DNA from: a phage
Sequence record: NC_135731.1
Length of the DNA stretch: 64,000 nucleotides
Direction: 5' to 3' (one strand)
The notes below the pieces were generated by a model, which saw only the letters and a program-made list of their open reading frames with translations, was not told where the DNA came from and ran no database searches. Numbering within the stretch: position 1 is the stretch's first letter; the number at the start of each line of letters is the position of its first letter. Of the stretch, positions 1 through 8,517 are shown one piece after another. Position numbers and translations under genes: made by a program.

Positions 1-1372
1 GAGCTTTCTTCTTGCTGTCTTTAGTTACATCCTTAGTTCTCCACATTGTCGGGAGCCAGCCAGCGCTGATCAGATACCGCTTAATGTCGTCCTGATTGCT
101 GATTTTCATAGGTATCTTGCAGTCCGGCATTCGCTTCTGCTGTAGATCACTTATTGCCTGATCCATCAGCTCTTTAGGCAAAGGGTGTGGTGTGGAAGTG
201 CCCTTAATATAGCCTCTCAAGAAATCAGCCATCTTATCGGGGTCTTTGCAGCCCATCTCTTCACACCATTTTATCCCCATCTTGCTGACATCCCCTGTAG
301 AGGTAAATGCTCTCTTAGGCGGGGCTTTGAACTCTAAAGCGCTCATGTCTACAGGATAGCCAAGCTTATCTTTTAACCATTTCCAACCATTATTAGAGAT
401 TGTCCCGTCTTGGTTAAACGGCTTTTCAGGGAACTTGGGCCGCTGAGACATTGACAGCTCTTTTAAAGGCAGTTGTGGTTCAACACGATCAGCTATTTCT
501 TTCATCCACGCATCGCAACGGTCACGTAAAGCAATAGCTCCATCTATGTCGAAGTATACACCCTGACGGGCCTGCAGCTCCATCAGGAAGTGCTGCAGCA
601 TGCCTCGACGTAATGCGTTCTTCCAGGTGATCTTCTTGAACCCTTTCGGCTTCTCTTTGGCTGGATCGTACATAAAGTTCTGCATGTCAGATTTGCCGTA
701 GAATACACCTTTTGATTCCGCTACCAGCTCTTTCCAGAGCAGCTCCTGGATGATAACGTCCTCGAATACACGATCCACATACTTCCACAACGGGAGATCG
801 CGCCAGTCATCAATTTGAACTTTCTGGTTACCAAGGGCGTAGCCCCATGCCATAAGACCGTGAGGTCCAACAGGCTGCATTTTCTTAGTAACCGGGTTAA
901 ATACTGAGTCTGGACAACCTTTTGGCAAAGGTCGGTCAGGCCACAAAATTCGGCTCATAGCCAATGTATCAAACAGATTAACCTGGTGGTCGTTGATAGT
1001 CCCCATACACTTAGGATCACGGAACATATCAAAATGAATACCGGACAATCTCTCCATCAGCATAAAGTCGTAGCTGTAGCAGTTGTGGCAGTTCAAAGCT
1101 GTGGGTGACCAGTCAGAATTGCCTGTAAGCCAACCTTCCAACTCTGAAAAATCTGCTATGCGAACTTCAAAATCTTTATAAAGAGTTTTCTTTGCCAGAA
1201 TAAAGTTCTTAGCCTTCTCTATATCCTCTTCAGAGTAGTGTGTGCGGTCATTTAGAGGAAGGAACAGCATAAAACGGTTCTTATTCAGCTCTTTAAACAA
1301 GCCGCAGTGATAATAAAGATCTAGGTCTTCTAGTAAACCAGAGGCCTCCAGGTCGAAAGACCACATACTCAT
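1..1372 (-). CDS. DNA polymerase, family A (T7 gp5-like), N-terminal exonuclease part; gene continues beyond window start
   Basis: Absent from ORF track because no stop lies inside the window. Manual translation from ATG at 1372 (RBS AAGGAG 8 nt upstream) gives MSMWSFDLEASGLLEDLDLYYHCGLF..., resembling the T7 DNA polymerase N-terminus with its D-x-E exonuclease motif; later segments HGLMAWGYALG and YVDRVFEDVIIQELLWKEL track recalled T7 gp5 segments. Frame appeared open to position 1 on manual translation (not rechecked codon by codon). Confidence 0.8.
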   Translation of the reverse strand, partial: MSMWSFDLEASGLLEDLDLYYHCGLFKELNKNRFMLFLPLNDRTHYSEEDIEKAKNFILAKKTLYKDFEVRIADFSELEGWLTGNSDWSPTALNCHNCYSYDFMLMERLSGIHFDMFRDPKCMGTINDHQVNLFDTLAMSRILWPDRPLPKGCPDSVFNPVTKKMQPVGPHGLMAWGYALGNQKVQIDDWRDLPLWKYVDRVFEDVIIQELLWKELVAESKGVFYGKSDMQNFMYDPAKEKPKGFKKITWKNALRRGMLQHFLMELQARQGVYFDIDGAIALRDRCDAWMKEIADRVEPQLPLKELSMSQRPKFPEKPFNQDGTISNNGWKWLKDKLGYPVDMSALEFKAPPKRAFTSTGDVSKMGIKWCEEMGCKDPDKMADFLRGYIKGTSTPHPLPKELMDQAISDLQQKRMPDCKIPMKISNQDDIKRYLISAGWLPTMWRTKDVTKDSKKKA

Positions 1373-1430
1373 ATACAGTTCTCCTTAAAGGGGAGGCGGT
1401 TGTACTACCCCTCCCACTCTTGGTTAAACA

Positions 1431-3509
1431 TTAAAAAGGTGTTTCATCGTCTTCAAAACCGGGAACAGGGTCAGAGGACGGATCATCATACGGAAGGTCT
1501 TCTTGTGTGTCAACAGGGTTAACAGTAGGAGTTACAACCTTATCAGCCACAACCCTACCTACAGGTGTTTCTACAACTGCGTGCTCTTGATCCTCAAACA
1601 TAGCTTGAGGTCTCCAAACAACCTCCCCACCTTCTCCGTCTGTGAACATCTGCATTTCTTTGTCCCAGTACCAGTTGCTGGCATCATGGAACTTACCTGT
1701 GTGGGGATCCATAACTAAGGTATCCGCAATGCCTAACGTTTTTGCTGGGCGGTTTTTAAGACCTACCAGTCGGACACGTCCACGGGAACGATCCACCATC
1801 TCTTCTGCCTCCACCCCAACAACTACCCAGCTAAGTTGCTCCAATCCGGCACTACCCCGAAGGTTCTCTTTTCGTACAGGATACCAGAAAGGTAACGGAT
1901 TCCCATCCTTGTCCTTTGGAGGCACAATCTCTGTGCGTTTCAGGTGAGCGATCACCAAGATAAATACATTAAACTGCTTACAGAACGCGGCTAGTTGGGT
2001 CATAGCCATGTCCAGCTCTTTTCGCTCATCCTTAACATTAAGCCCTGAAATTACCATGGACAGGTGATCCAGCACAATATAACGGCAGTGATACAGACAC
2101 ACCATTTGTTTAAGCTTAGTGATCAACTCATCTACAGGAATAGACCCAAAATGCTTGAACACTTTGATTTTTCCCTCCTTGGCCCAAGATTGGTGAATCT
2201 CAGCATGCTCCTGATCAGTCAGGAACTGACTAGGGTCTTCAACAAACTCTTTAACATCAAACCCCAACTGGTTGGCGTATAGAGAGTTAATTGCTTCCTC
2301 AGGGTCCTCTTCAAGGTGAATCAGACACAGGCGATCATCCTCTTCATAATCATCGGCTTTAGGGCATGTAGGATCCATCAAGTATTTTGCAATGCAGTGT
2401 TCTAGTTTCTTGGCTACAGTTGTTTTACCACCGCCAGATGGGCCTGTCAGCATCATCAAGGTGCCTTTGTGAAGTCCTTTCAGCATCTTCTGCAATTTAG
2501 GGAACTCCGCGCTGATATCTACGCCATTAGAAGTCTTCTTACGAAGAGATTCAATGGAGAAGTCTTCTAAATCAGATACAGCATCAGGCACATATTTGAC
2601 TGGGTGACGGAACATGTTGACAATATCTTCCAGCTTTTTAGCCTTCAGCATGTCACGGATATCTTTTACACCGTCAGGGTCGTTTACCTCACTGGGGTAT
2701 TCCACGTGGTAAACGTTATCAGCCATCAAAAATGCCGCGATATTATGTGTGGCTTCAACACCTTTGATAACGTGTTTTTGCTTCTCTACCTCGTTAGCTG
2801 CATCGTTGTCCATTGCAAGGACCACTGTTCCGTAGCTACGGATAAATTTCTCATTGTTTGCAAAAGTATCTACTGCGTTTGCACATCCACAGTTAATTCC
2901 AACAAAAGGCAGGCAGGGTTTTCCTGCCAGATCACTCCCGTTGATAACTGCATCGATCCCGTCCTGGACCTCTTTAGCCCACTGTTTCACCTTTGCCGGG
3001 GCTTTAGCGTTGGTGAGAATCCCTTTTACTTGTATCTGATATGCAGCCTGCCATGCTGCAATAACATCGCCTTCTCCCTCACAAACGTTAATCTGCTTAC
3101 GGTTGTTAGAAGATGCACACAGCTTTTGCCCAAACATTTGGGAGTTAGCCTTTACGATCCCAACCGTCGTAAAGTGCCCACGTTGCTCTTTGGGGATCGT
3201 CCAGTCACGCTTTTTGAAACCGGACAGATTCCCGTAGCGGTCGTAATATGGGAAATATGTTGCAGTAACTGTCACACCGTCTTCTTGGGACAATGCTGAT
3301 CGCACACCAAAATATTGTGCAGCCATTAGACCGATATTTTGTTGTGGTACAGGGACAATTTTAGTATTTTCTAAAACAGTCTCTACAGTTTCAACTTCTT
3401 TTTCATCACGATAGTCTCGTTTCACACTTCCCCCACTTTTATACTTAGTTGCTTTCGGGTTTGGCTCACCGAAACGGTTATATGCAGATGCCATAAATTT
3501 ACTTCCCAT
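1431..3509 (-). CDS. DNA primase/helicase (TOPRIM + DnaB/SF4-like helicase, T7 gp4-like)
   Basis: TOPRIM motifs VCEGEGD and LAMDNDAAN in N-terminal half; Walker A GPSGGGKTT and DnaB-like C-terminal half; lies immediately upstream of the polymerase as in T7 gene 4 then gene 5. No CxxC zinc-ribbon pairs seen at the N-terminus. Confidence 0.8.
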   Translation of the reverse strand: MGSKFMASAYNRFGEPNPKATKYKSGGSVKRDYRDEKEVETVETVLENTKIVPVPQQNIGLMAAQYFGVRSALSQEDGVTVTATYFPYYDRYGNLSGFKKRDWTIPKEQRGHFTTVGIVKANSQMFGQKLCASSNNRKQINVCEGEGDVIAAWQAAYQIQVKGILTNAKAPAKVKQWAKEVQDGIDAVINGSDLAGKPCLPFVGINCGCANAVDTFANNEKFIRSYGTVVLAMDNDAANEVEKQKHVIKGVEATHNIAAFLMADNVYHVEYPSEVNDPDGVKDIRDMLKAKKLEDIVNMFRHPVKYVPDAVSDLEDFSIESLRKKTSNGVDISAEFPKLQKMLKGLHKGTLMMLTGPSGGGKTTVAKKLEHCIAKYLMDPTCPKADDYEEDDRLCLIHLEEDPEEAINSLYANQLGFDVKEFVEDPSQFLTDQEHAEIHQSWAKEGKIKVFKHFGSIPVDELITKLKQMVCLYHCRYIVLDHLSMVISGLNVKDERKELDMAMTQLAAFCKQFNVFILVIAHLKRTEIVPPKDKDGNPLPFWYPVRKENLRGSAGLEQLSWVVVGVEAEEMVDRSRGRVRLVGLKNRPAKTLGIADTLVMDPHTGKFHDASNWYWDKEMQMFTDGEGGEVVWRPQAMFEDQEHAVVETPVGRVVADKVVTPTVNPVDTQEDLPYDDPSSDPVPGFEDDETPF

Positions 3510-4263
3510 TAATTCTGCTCCTTACTACAGGCTCGTTTGCTAAGAATACGGCTTTTGCCCAGCCACGGGGTGTGAGGCTTCGAATCATCTTCGTCCTTGC
3601 ACTTTTTCCACCTAGCTTAGCGTGTTGCATGGAATACCCGCTAACCGCGTCAACTATTTGCGGGACAGGTTTTGTGGCCGGGATTATAAATCCATTACCT
3701 ATCCAGCCGCAAGTTATTTTTGGATAGGCATCGCGTGGAGCTATAAATTCAGGAAACCAGGGGTTTACATCATTCTCCGGTAAATACCCGCCATAGTCAG
3801 AAGGATGAAAACGGTAATCAGGTTTGCGCCACAGTGTGGACATAACACCTACGGGATTCTCTACATGCCATGGGCAATCGTAAATCTCTCCTAGCTCTTC
3901 CGCAACCCGAGCATCCTTTACAGCATTAATTTGGATCAAAGGATCCTTAGCCAGCTTTTTCTTAAAATGTGCAGCACCTGATACTGCTAAATGCGTGCAC
4001 GGAGGAAATGCAAGAATAAAGTCTGGAGCTGGATACATGCAAAAAGTTTCCTGAGGGAACCATGGGTCAATCCAATAATCCACATAGTGAATGTTAGGAT
4101 GATCGGTTATCACCTCTGCATAACTGCCGTGGTCAGCACCTTCTGCATTAAAGCACAGGCACAGGTACCCAGCTTTTGCCCAGTCAATAACTGCACCACC
4201 AGACCCGTCAAATAGACTCCACACAACACCTTTGTGGTAGTGTTCTTTGTAGATGAATTTCAA
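3499..4263 (-). CDS. C5-cytosine methyltransferase-like protein (minimal; motifs I, IV, VI recognisable)
   Basis: SLFDGSGG (motif I-like), FPPCTHLAVSGA (PC motif IV-like, catalytic Cys), HVENPVG (ENV motif VI-like). Track start at 4293 is a GTG inside a terminator hairpin; TTG at 4261-4263 with AGGAG RBS 8 nt upstream is the likelier start. Too short for a canonical MTase with target-recognition domain, so function is uncertain. Confidence 0.4.
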   Translation of the reverse strand: MKFIYKEHYHKGVVWSLFDGSGGAVIDWAKAGYLCLCFNAEGADHGSYAEVITDHPNIHYVDYWIDPWFPQETFCMYPAPDFILAFPPCTHLAVSGAAHFKKKLAKDPLIQINAVKDARVAEELGEIYDCPWHVENPVGVMSTLWRKPDYRFHPSDYGGYLPENDVNPWFPEFIAPRDAYPKITCGWIGNGFIIPATKPVPQIVDAVSGYSMQHAKLGGKSARTKMIRSLTPRGWAKAVFLANEPVVRSRINGK

Positions 4264-4281
4264 TTTGCTGTCTCCTAATGC

Positions 4282-4308
4282 AAAAAGCCCCACCCTTTCG
4301 GGCAGGGC
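4282..4308 (-). terminator. rho-independent terminator after the 4315-4797 gene
   Basis: Imperfect GC-rich hairpin spanning 4287-4308 (GCCCTGCCC-GAAA-GGGTGGGGC on the minus strand) followed by TTTTTG. Confidence 0.5.
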
Positions 4309-4314
4309 CTAGTG

Positions 4315-4797
4315 TTAAACCCGGATACCTATTGTATACTCGGTGGATACCAATGTCAAATCTAAATTTAAAATTTCTTGCATCTCATAATATGCGTCCA
4401 GGGTTAGATACATTTCCCCATCCTTTTCTACATACTTGTCCAAGTGCTTGAGGCATTTCGGATAACTATCAAGTGCAGCTTTCAGGCACTCAAACTCTGT
4501 GCTGTTGATGAATCCTTCCATCTTGGCTACCCGTTCTGGGGTAATGATAGCACTGTAGTGAGATTTAGCTTCCTGAATGCAATGGGTCCAAGCATCAACT
4601 TTCTCTTCGAAAAGTCCGAAGAATTTCTTTTTGGTGAGCTTCAGATTCTTTAAGTGCTTAAGCACTCGGTTGCCGATCACAGCCACATCACGAAACTTAA
4701 GGATCACTTTGTCGATATCTTCGCGACCTATTTTCACAAAACAGGCCTTACACATTTCAGGGGAGGAATAACCAACTTTCCACATAAAATCTGACAT
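4315..4797 (-). CDS. hypothetical protein (160 aa)
   Basis: Long ORF co-directional with neighbours, tightly packed; no recognisable motif. Confidence 0.6.
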   Translation of the reverse strand: MSDFMWKVGYSSPEMCKACFVKIGREDIDKVILKFRDVAVIGNRVLKHLKNLKLTKKKFFGLFEEKVDAWTHCIQEAKSHYSAIITPERVAKMEGFINSTEFECLKAALDSYPKCLKHLDKYVEKDGEMYLTLDAYYEMQEILNLDLTLVSTEYTIGIRV

Positions 4798-4809
4798 ACC
4801 ACCTTCTCC

Positions 4810-5205
4810 TTATTCCTGAAAAGCAACGATATCATATGAACTTGCAGACGATCCTAGTGAAGAATGACTCCAATCTAGGTTATCAGAGTAGTCAGCGTAC
4901 TGTGCACCACTACGTAGTTTATATTTTACCCACTTACCTGGTGCAGGGTTTTCACCACCTTCCCATACTACCCAGTCTTCTGGCAGGCCGTCCTGAGGGT
5001 AGTCATCCACCTCACTAATAATCTTAGGGTTTGGCACCAAGAACCATGCAGGCTCTTCCTTCCGGGTAAGTGTCCACACAGCGTAGGTATCTGAGCAGGC
5101 GCATGATAGCAAAGTATATCCACTATTCAGAACTTTTGCAAGCTCTTTTTCAGCATCTCCTAATTTGGTTAAGTGGTATTGGATAATCTTCACACCTGTA
5201 ATCAT
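4810..5205 (-). CDS. hypothetical protein (131 aa)
   Basis: Co-directional ORF, stop adjacent to next start; no recognisable motif. Confidence 0.6.
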   Translation of the reverse strand: MITGVKIIQYHLTKLGDAEKELAKVLNSGYTLLSCACSDTYAVWTLTRKEEPAWFLVPNPKIISEVDDYPQDGLPEDWVVWEGGENPAPGKWVKYKLRSGAQYADYSDNLDWSHSSLGSSASSYDIVAFQE

Positions 5206-5507
5206 CAGAAACCTCCAACTTCTTCAGCAAATGCAGCTGCTGTCGTCGCTGCATCCAGATAGGACTCTAGTTCACGGGCTGCACGTTTGTAAATTGAGTG
5301 GCGCATATCGTTTGGCAGTTGGTGGAAGTCCACCTCTTCACCGTTGTGGTAAACACGCACATCGGTAATTTGTCTAAATCCGTAATAGTCAACATCAGAG
5401 TCACGGCACTCCGAGTCTGGCAACTGGACAACTGCTTGAGCTTCCACAGTAAACATATCGTCAAGTTCGAAATCGATTTCAAAAGTGTATGGTTTATAAC
5501 GTTTCAT
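5205..5507 (-). CDS. hypothetical protein (100 aa)
   Basis: Co-directional ORF; chosen over the overlapping 5267-5482 alternative-frame ORF because it fills the intergenic space and reads protein-like. Confidence 0.55.
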   Translation of the reverse strand: MKRYKPYTFEIDFELDDMFTVEAQAVVQLPDSECRDSDVDYYGFRQITDVRVYHNGEEVDFHQLPNDMRHSIYKRAARELESYLDAATTAAAFAEEVGGF

Positions 5508-5567
5508 CGTTTAGTGCTTCCTTAGTTTTTGTGGGGAGGAGTGCCTCCCCTTTAGACTAACATCTTA

Positions 5568-5909
5568 CTACTGAAGGTCTTCAGAGTCAAGCTCAAAAAG
5601 AATCAAACTGTGCATGCCTGCAGAGAGATCAACGCACCCTGCAATAATAAGGGTCTGATAGTAAGGTTCAGCACCCTCAATGTCTTCGTTAAAATCTACA
5701 ACAAGATAGTCACCTTTGTTAAAGGTGTATTTGTCCGATGTAAACGCAAAACCTGCCCAGTCCCCTACTGCAGGATCTTTATCAGTCACCTTTGTTAGCA
5801 GCAGGTCTTTTTCACGAGATCTTTTAGTAAAATCGTGAATAACAACATCCTTCTCTTCAGGAGTTGGATTGCCACACACGTAGTTAACTATATTTCTCCA
5901 CAAACTCAT
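5568..5909 (-). CDS. hypothetical protein (113 aa)
   Basis: Co-directional ORF whose stop overlaps the helicase start region. Confidence 0.55.
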   Translation of the reverse strand: MSLWRNIVNYVCGNPTPEEKDVVIHDFTKRSREKDLLLTKVTDKDPAVGDWAGFAFTSDKYTFNKGDYLVVDFNEDIEGAEPYYQTLIIAGCVDLSAGMHSLILFELDSEDLQ

Positions 5910-7276
5910 ACGTCCCCCTCTTCTGCTCTGGTTTCAAAATCTTTCCTGACAATTTTGTCTAAGTCAGGGAATGTTGTATTATAAAACTCTACGACTCGCG
6001 GGTCAACAATAATGTCAACTTCTCTTAGTGGACGCAACAAGTTTATTCCTTGTATTGTCTTAACTCGACTCAAAGCAACATACGTCATCCCAGGAGAGAA
6101 AGCTCCGTTCTTTCCAAGGTCTAGGTTGTAACAATCTAGCGTAAGTCCTTGACTTTTATGAGATGTTACGGCGTACCCAGATTTCAGAGGAAGTTGCCTG
6201 TATGATCCAATCACTACCCTCTCTATAAACTTCTCCATCTTCCTTTCTGCAATGTTGTATCTTTGAGATGGCTTATACTCGTTATTCTCCCACAACCTTT
6301 GCTCTATGTCAACCTGTGTTCCATCTTCAAGCTCCACCACCACCGCCTTGTTCTTAAATTTAACAATCGTGGCACGTGTTCCGTTAACATAATAAGGTAC
6401 TTTGTGCGTCGGGTCAACATCGTTGGCGGTTATCATAACCTTCATGCCAATTTTCAACTTCATCTCCTGCTCAACTGGTAGGGTGGAGGGAAACTTACCT
6501 TTCATTTCACCAGTGTATACCTTCTCTGGGGCGTTGATGGCATCATAGAACCTTCTGTTCACTTCCTCCGCTTGTTTGTTGGTGGCGCAAATTGTGAGAG
6601 CGTCTGTTGGTACACCGCCTTTGTAACAGCGAGCATTAAGTTCTGCTACAACCTCTTTTATGCGACGACCCTCACGAACACAGTTGAGCATTGTGGCAAA
6701 TCGAATAGACTCCTGTCGGAACTGATCTACTAGGGCTATGTTGTGGAGGTCAAGCTCTTTCCAAGATTCGGTATAGCAACACAGGTCCGTATGGTAGAAG
6801 TTGAAGTAGGCTTCCTTCTCCATAGAAGAGACAACAGGAGGTGCCTGGTAAAAATCGCCAAACAATATGACCTGTATGCCTCCGAAAGGTTTGTCATTTT
6901 TTCGAAGGAAGCGGAGTTTCCTATCCATCTCTATAAACTTATCAGCACGGATCATGGAGATTTCATCGATAATTAGGATGGTAAATGCCTTGCTTTTCAA
7001 AGGCTTTGCTGTTTTTGCCCTTATTGCGGTCCAGTCTGACTCCATGCTCACACCTGCTGCAAGATCGAAGGTTCGGTGTGCTGTTGCTCCATTAACGTTT
7101 AAAGCGGCCACCCCTGTCGGGGCAACCGTTATGCAAGAGTCTCCATACATTGACTGGATCATGTTGATGAGGTACGTCTTCCCACAACCTGCAGGTCCTG
7201 AGACGAAGACATTCTCACCGCTCATGATTGCAACGAGGGCAGCATCTGTGCCTACATCATACTGCCCTTTTTCCAT
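5906..7276 (-). CDS. SF1B DNA helicase (Dda/RecD/PIF1-like)
   Basis: Walker A GPAGCGKT, Walker B-like IIDEISM, C-terminal TSHKSQGLT and YVALSRV helicase motifs typical of the Dda/RecD family. Confidence 0.8.
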   Translation of the reverse strand: MEKGQYDVGTDAALVAIMSGENVFVSGPAGCGKTYLINMIQSMYGDSCITVAPTGVAALNVNGATAHRTFDLAAGVSMESDWTAIRAKTAKPLKSKAFTILIIDEISMIRADKFIEMDRKLRFLRKNDKPFGGIQVILFGDFYQAPPVVSSMEKEAYFNFYHTDLCCYTESWKELDLHNIALVDQFRQESIRFATMLNCVREGRRIKEVVAELNARCYKGGVPTDALTICATNKQAEEVNRRFYDAINAPEKVYTGEMKGKFPSTLPVEQEMKLKIGMKVMITANDVDPTHKVPYYVNGTRATIVKFKNKAVVVELEDGTQVDIEQRLWENNEYKPSQRYNIAERKMEKFIERVVIGSYRQLPLKSGYAVTSHKSQGLTLDCYNLDLGKNGAFSPGMTYVALSRVKTIQGINLLRPLREVDIIVDPRVVEFYNTTFPDLDKIVRKDFETRAEEGDV

Positions 7277-8517
7277 TACGCCTCCTCGTAAAGAATGTCG
7301 ATAGTGTTACCGTCGCGGTCAACCACGTATTCGATAGGGTCTCCATCTTTGCGTGCTTCCGGAGCTACCACAATCTCATAGCGGCATGCACGGCACTTAG
7401 CGCTATTGTGTTGGTATGGCACACTAACCACATCTGCAGGGTCAACCATAACAGTCATTACAGTGCCGTAGCTCTTTGCATACTCTTTGCTGGCGCAGTG
7501 CAGGCCATAAGAACACGCAGCTTCCGGATCATCTTCTACAAAGTTACGAGGCATGGATACAAAAGCACCCTGGTATTGTGGAACTTTACCGCTGTGCCAA
7601 TCCACCCACTTGCTTCCGTTAAACTGAACCCCCTTATAGCAAATGATTCGACCATCTTCTGCAATCTGGATATCGTTGGCCTGCATAAAATCGTAAAGCA
7701 TGTTTACAGATTTTGCAGATGGATTGCGTAGCAGGCGAACGAGGAATTTCACATAGCGGTCATCCAATGTTCCGTCTGCGTAGTCTTTCTCAATTTTCTT
7801 TGCAATGGTGGATCGCATCTCTACGCCGTAGTAGTAGAGCTTACCATCTTTCATGATCAGGTTGTCTGCAAGTGTAGTGAACTCGTTCTTGCGTTCCAGC
7901 CAGACAAGGATTTCACCAATTGCCTCATCATATTCCTGAACAGAGATATGGTCGAAGACTTTCTGGTAAACTTCCTCACTTTCACTGCGGCGAATTTCAA
8001 AAATACCTTCGTTGCAGGTGATCTGGAGGAGTTCTCCGCAAATAACTACCAAAGGCTCGATGCTTCGAGTCTGTTGCTGAGACACACTGCTCACCACCTC
8101 CAACACCGGATCTTTTACTTCTACTAAAGGTTCTTCTGACTTGATTGCTACCCCAGTGAACCCTACACCGTGAACAACACACAGTGGGTATACCACGCCC
8201 CAACGTTTAACGGAACCTTCGCCTAAATCTAAGATCATGGCGTACTTACCGTTATCTTCCAGACCGTATCGAAATAAACGGGCCTCTTCGCGGGTTTCAA
8301 AATCCTCACGGGTGTAGCAGACGCTGTCACGGTCAGGATCGAACAACTCTGGGGCACCAACTGCCAGTGTCCAGGTTGTGTCGCCTTTCTCAATGGCACA
8401 TGTGAAACCCTTCTTCTCAAGCTCTGCACGGCGGTCGCGTGCTTCTTTACGAGTTTTGAAGTGTTCGTAGATGAAAATCATAACTGTCTCCTTATTTGGT
8501 GTTATTCTTTGTATCAA
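7276..8517 (-). CDS. rIIB: rIIB-like protein
   Basis: C-terminal region (LYDFMQANDIQIAEDGRIICYKGV ... VSMPRNFVEDDPEAACSYGLHCASKEYAKSYG ... DVVSVPYQHNSAKCRACRYEIV) closely follows the recalled T4 rIIB C-terminus; lies directly downstream of the rIIA-like gene as in T4. Confidence 0.7.
   Translation of the reverse strand: MIQRITPNKETVMIFIYEHFKTRKEARDRRAELEKKGFTCAIEKGDTTWTLAVGAPELFDPDRDSVCYTREDFETREEARLFRYGLEDNGKYAMILDLGEGSVKRWGVVYPLCVVHGVGFTGVAIKSEEPLVEVKDPVLEVVSSVSQQQTRSIEPLVVICGELLQITCNEGIFEIRRSESEEVYQKVFDHISVQEYDEAIGEILVWLERKNEFTTLADNLIMKDGKLYYYGVEMRSTIAKKIEKDYADGTLDDRYVKFLVRLLRNPSAKSVNMLYDFMQANDIQIAEDGRIICYKGVQFNGSKWVDWHSGKVPQYQGAFVSMPRNFVEDDPEAACSYGLHCASKEYAKSYGTVMTVMVDPADVVSVPYQHNSAKCRACRYEIVVAPEARKDGDPIEYVVDRDGNTIDILYEEA

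Noticed and set aside
2604-3299. 231-aa plus-strand ORF inside the primase-helicase gene
   Set aside because: Antisense shadow ORF within a well-supported minus-strand gene; Cys-rich, low-complexity translation with no motif.
5267-5482. 71-aa alternative-frame ORF overlapping the 5205-5507 gene
   Set aside because: Same strand, different frame, fully nested; the 100-aa frame fills the gap between neighbours and reads more protein-like.
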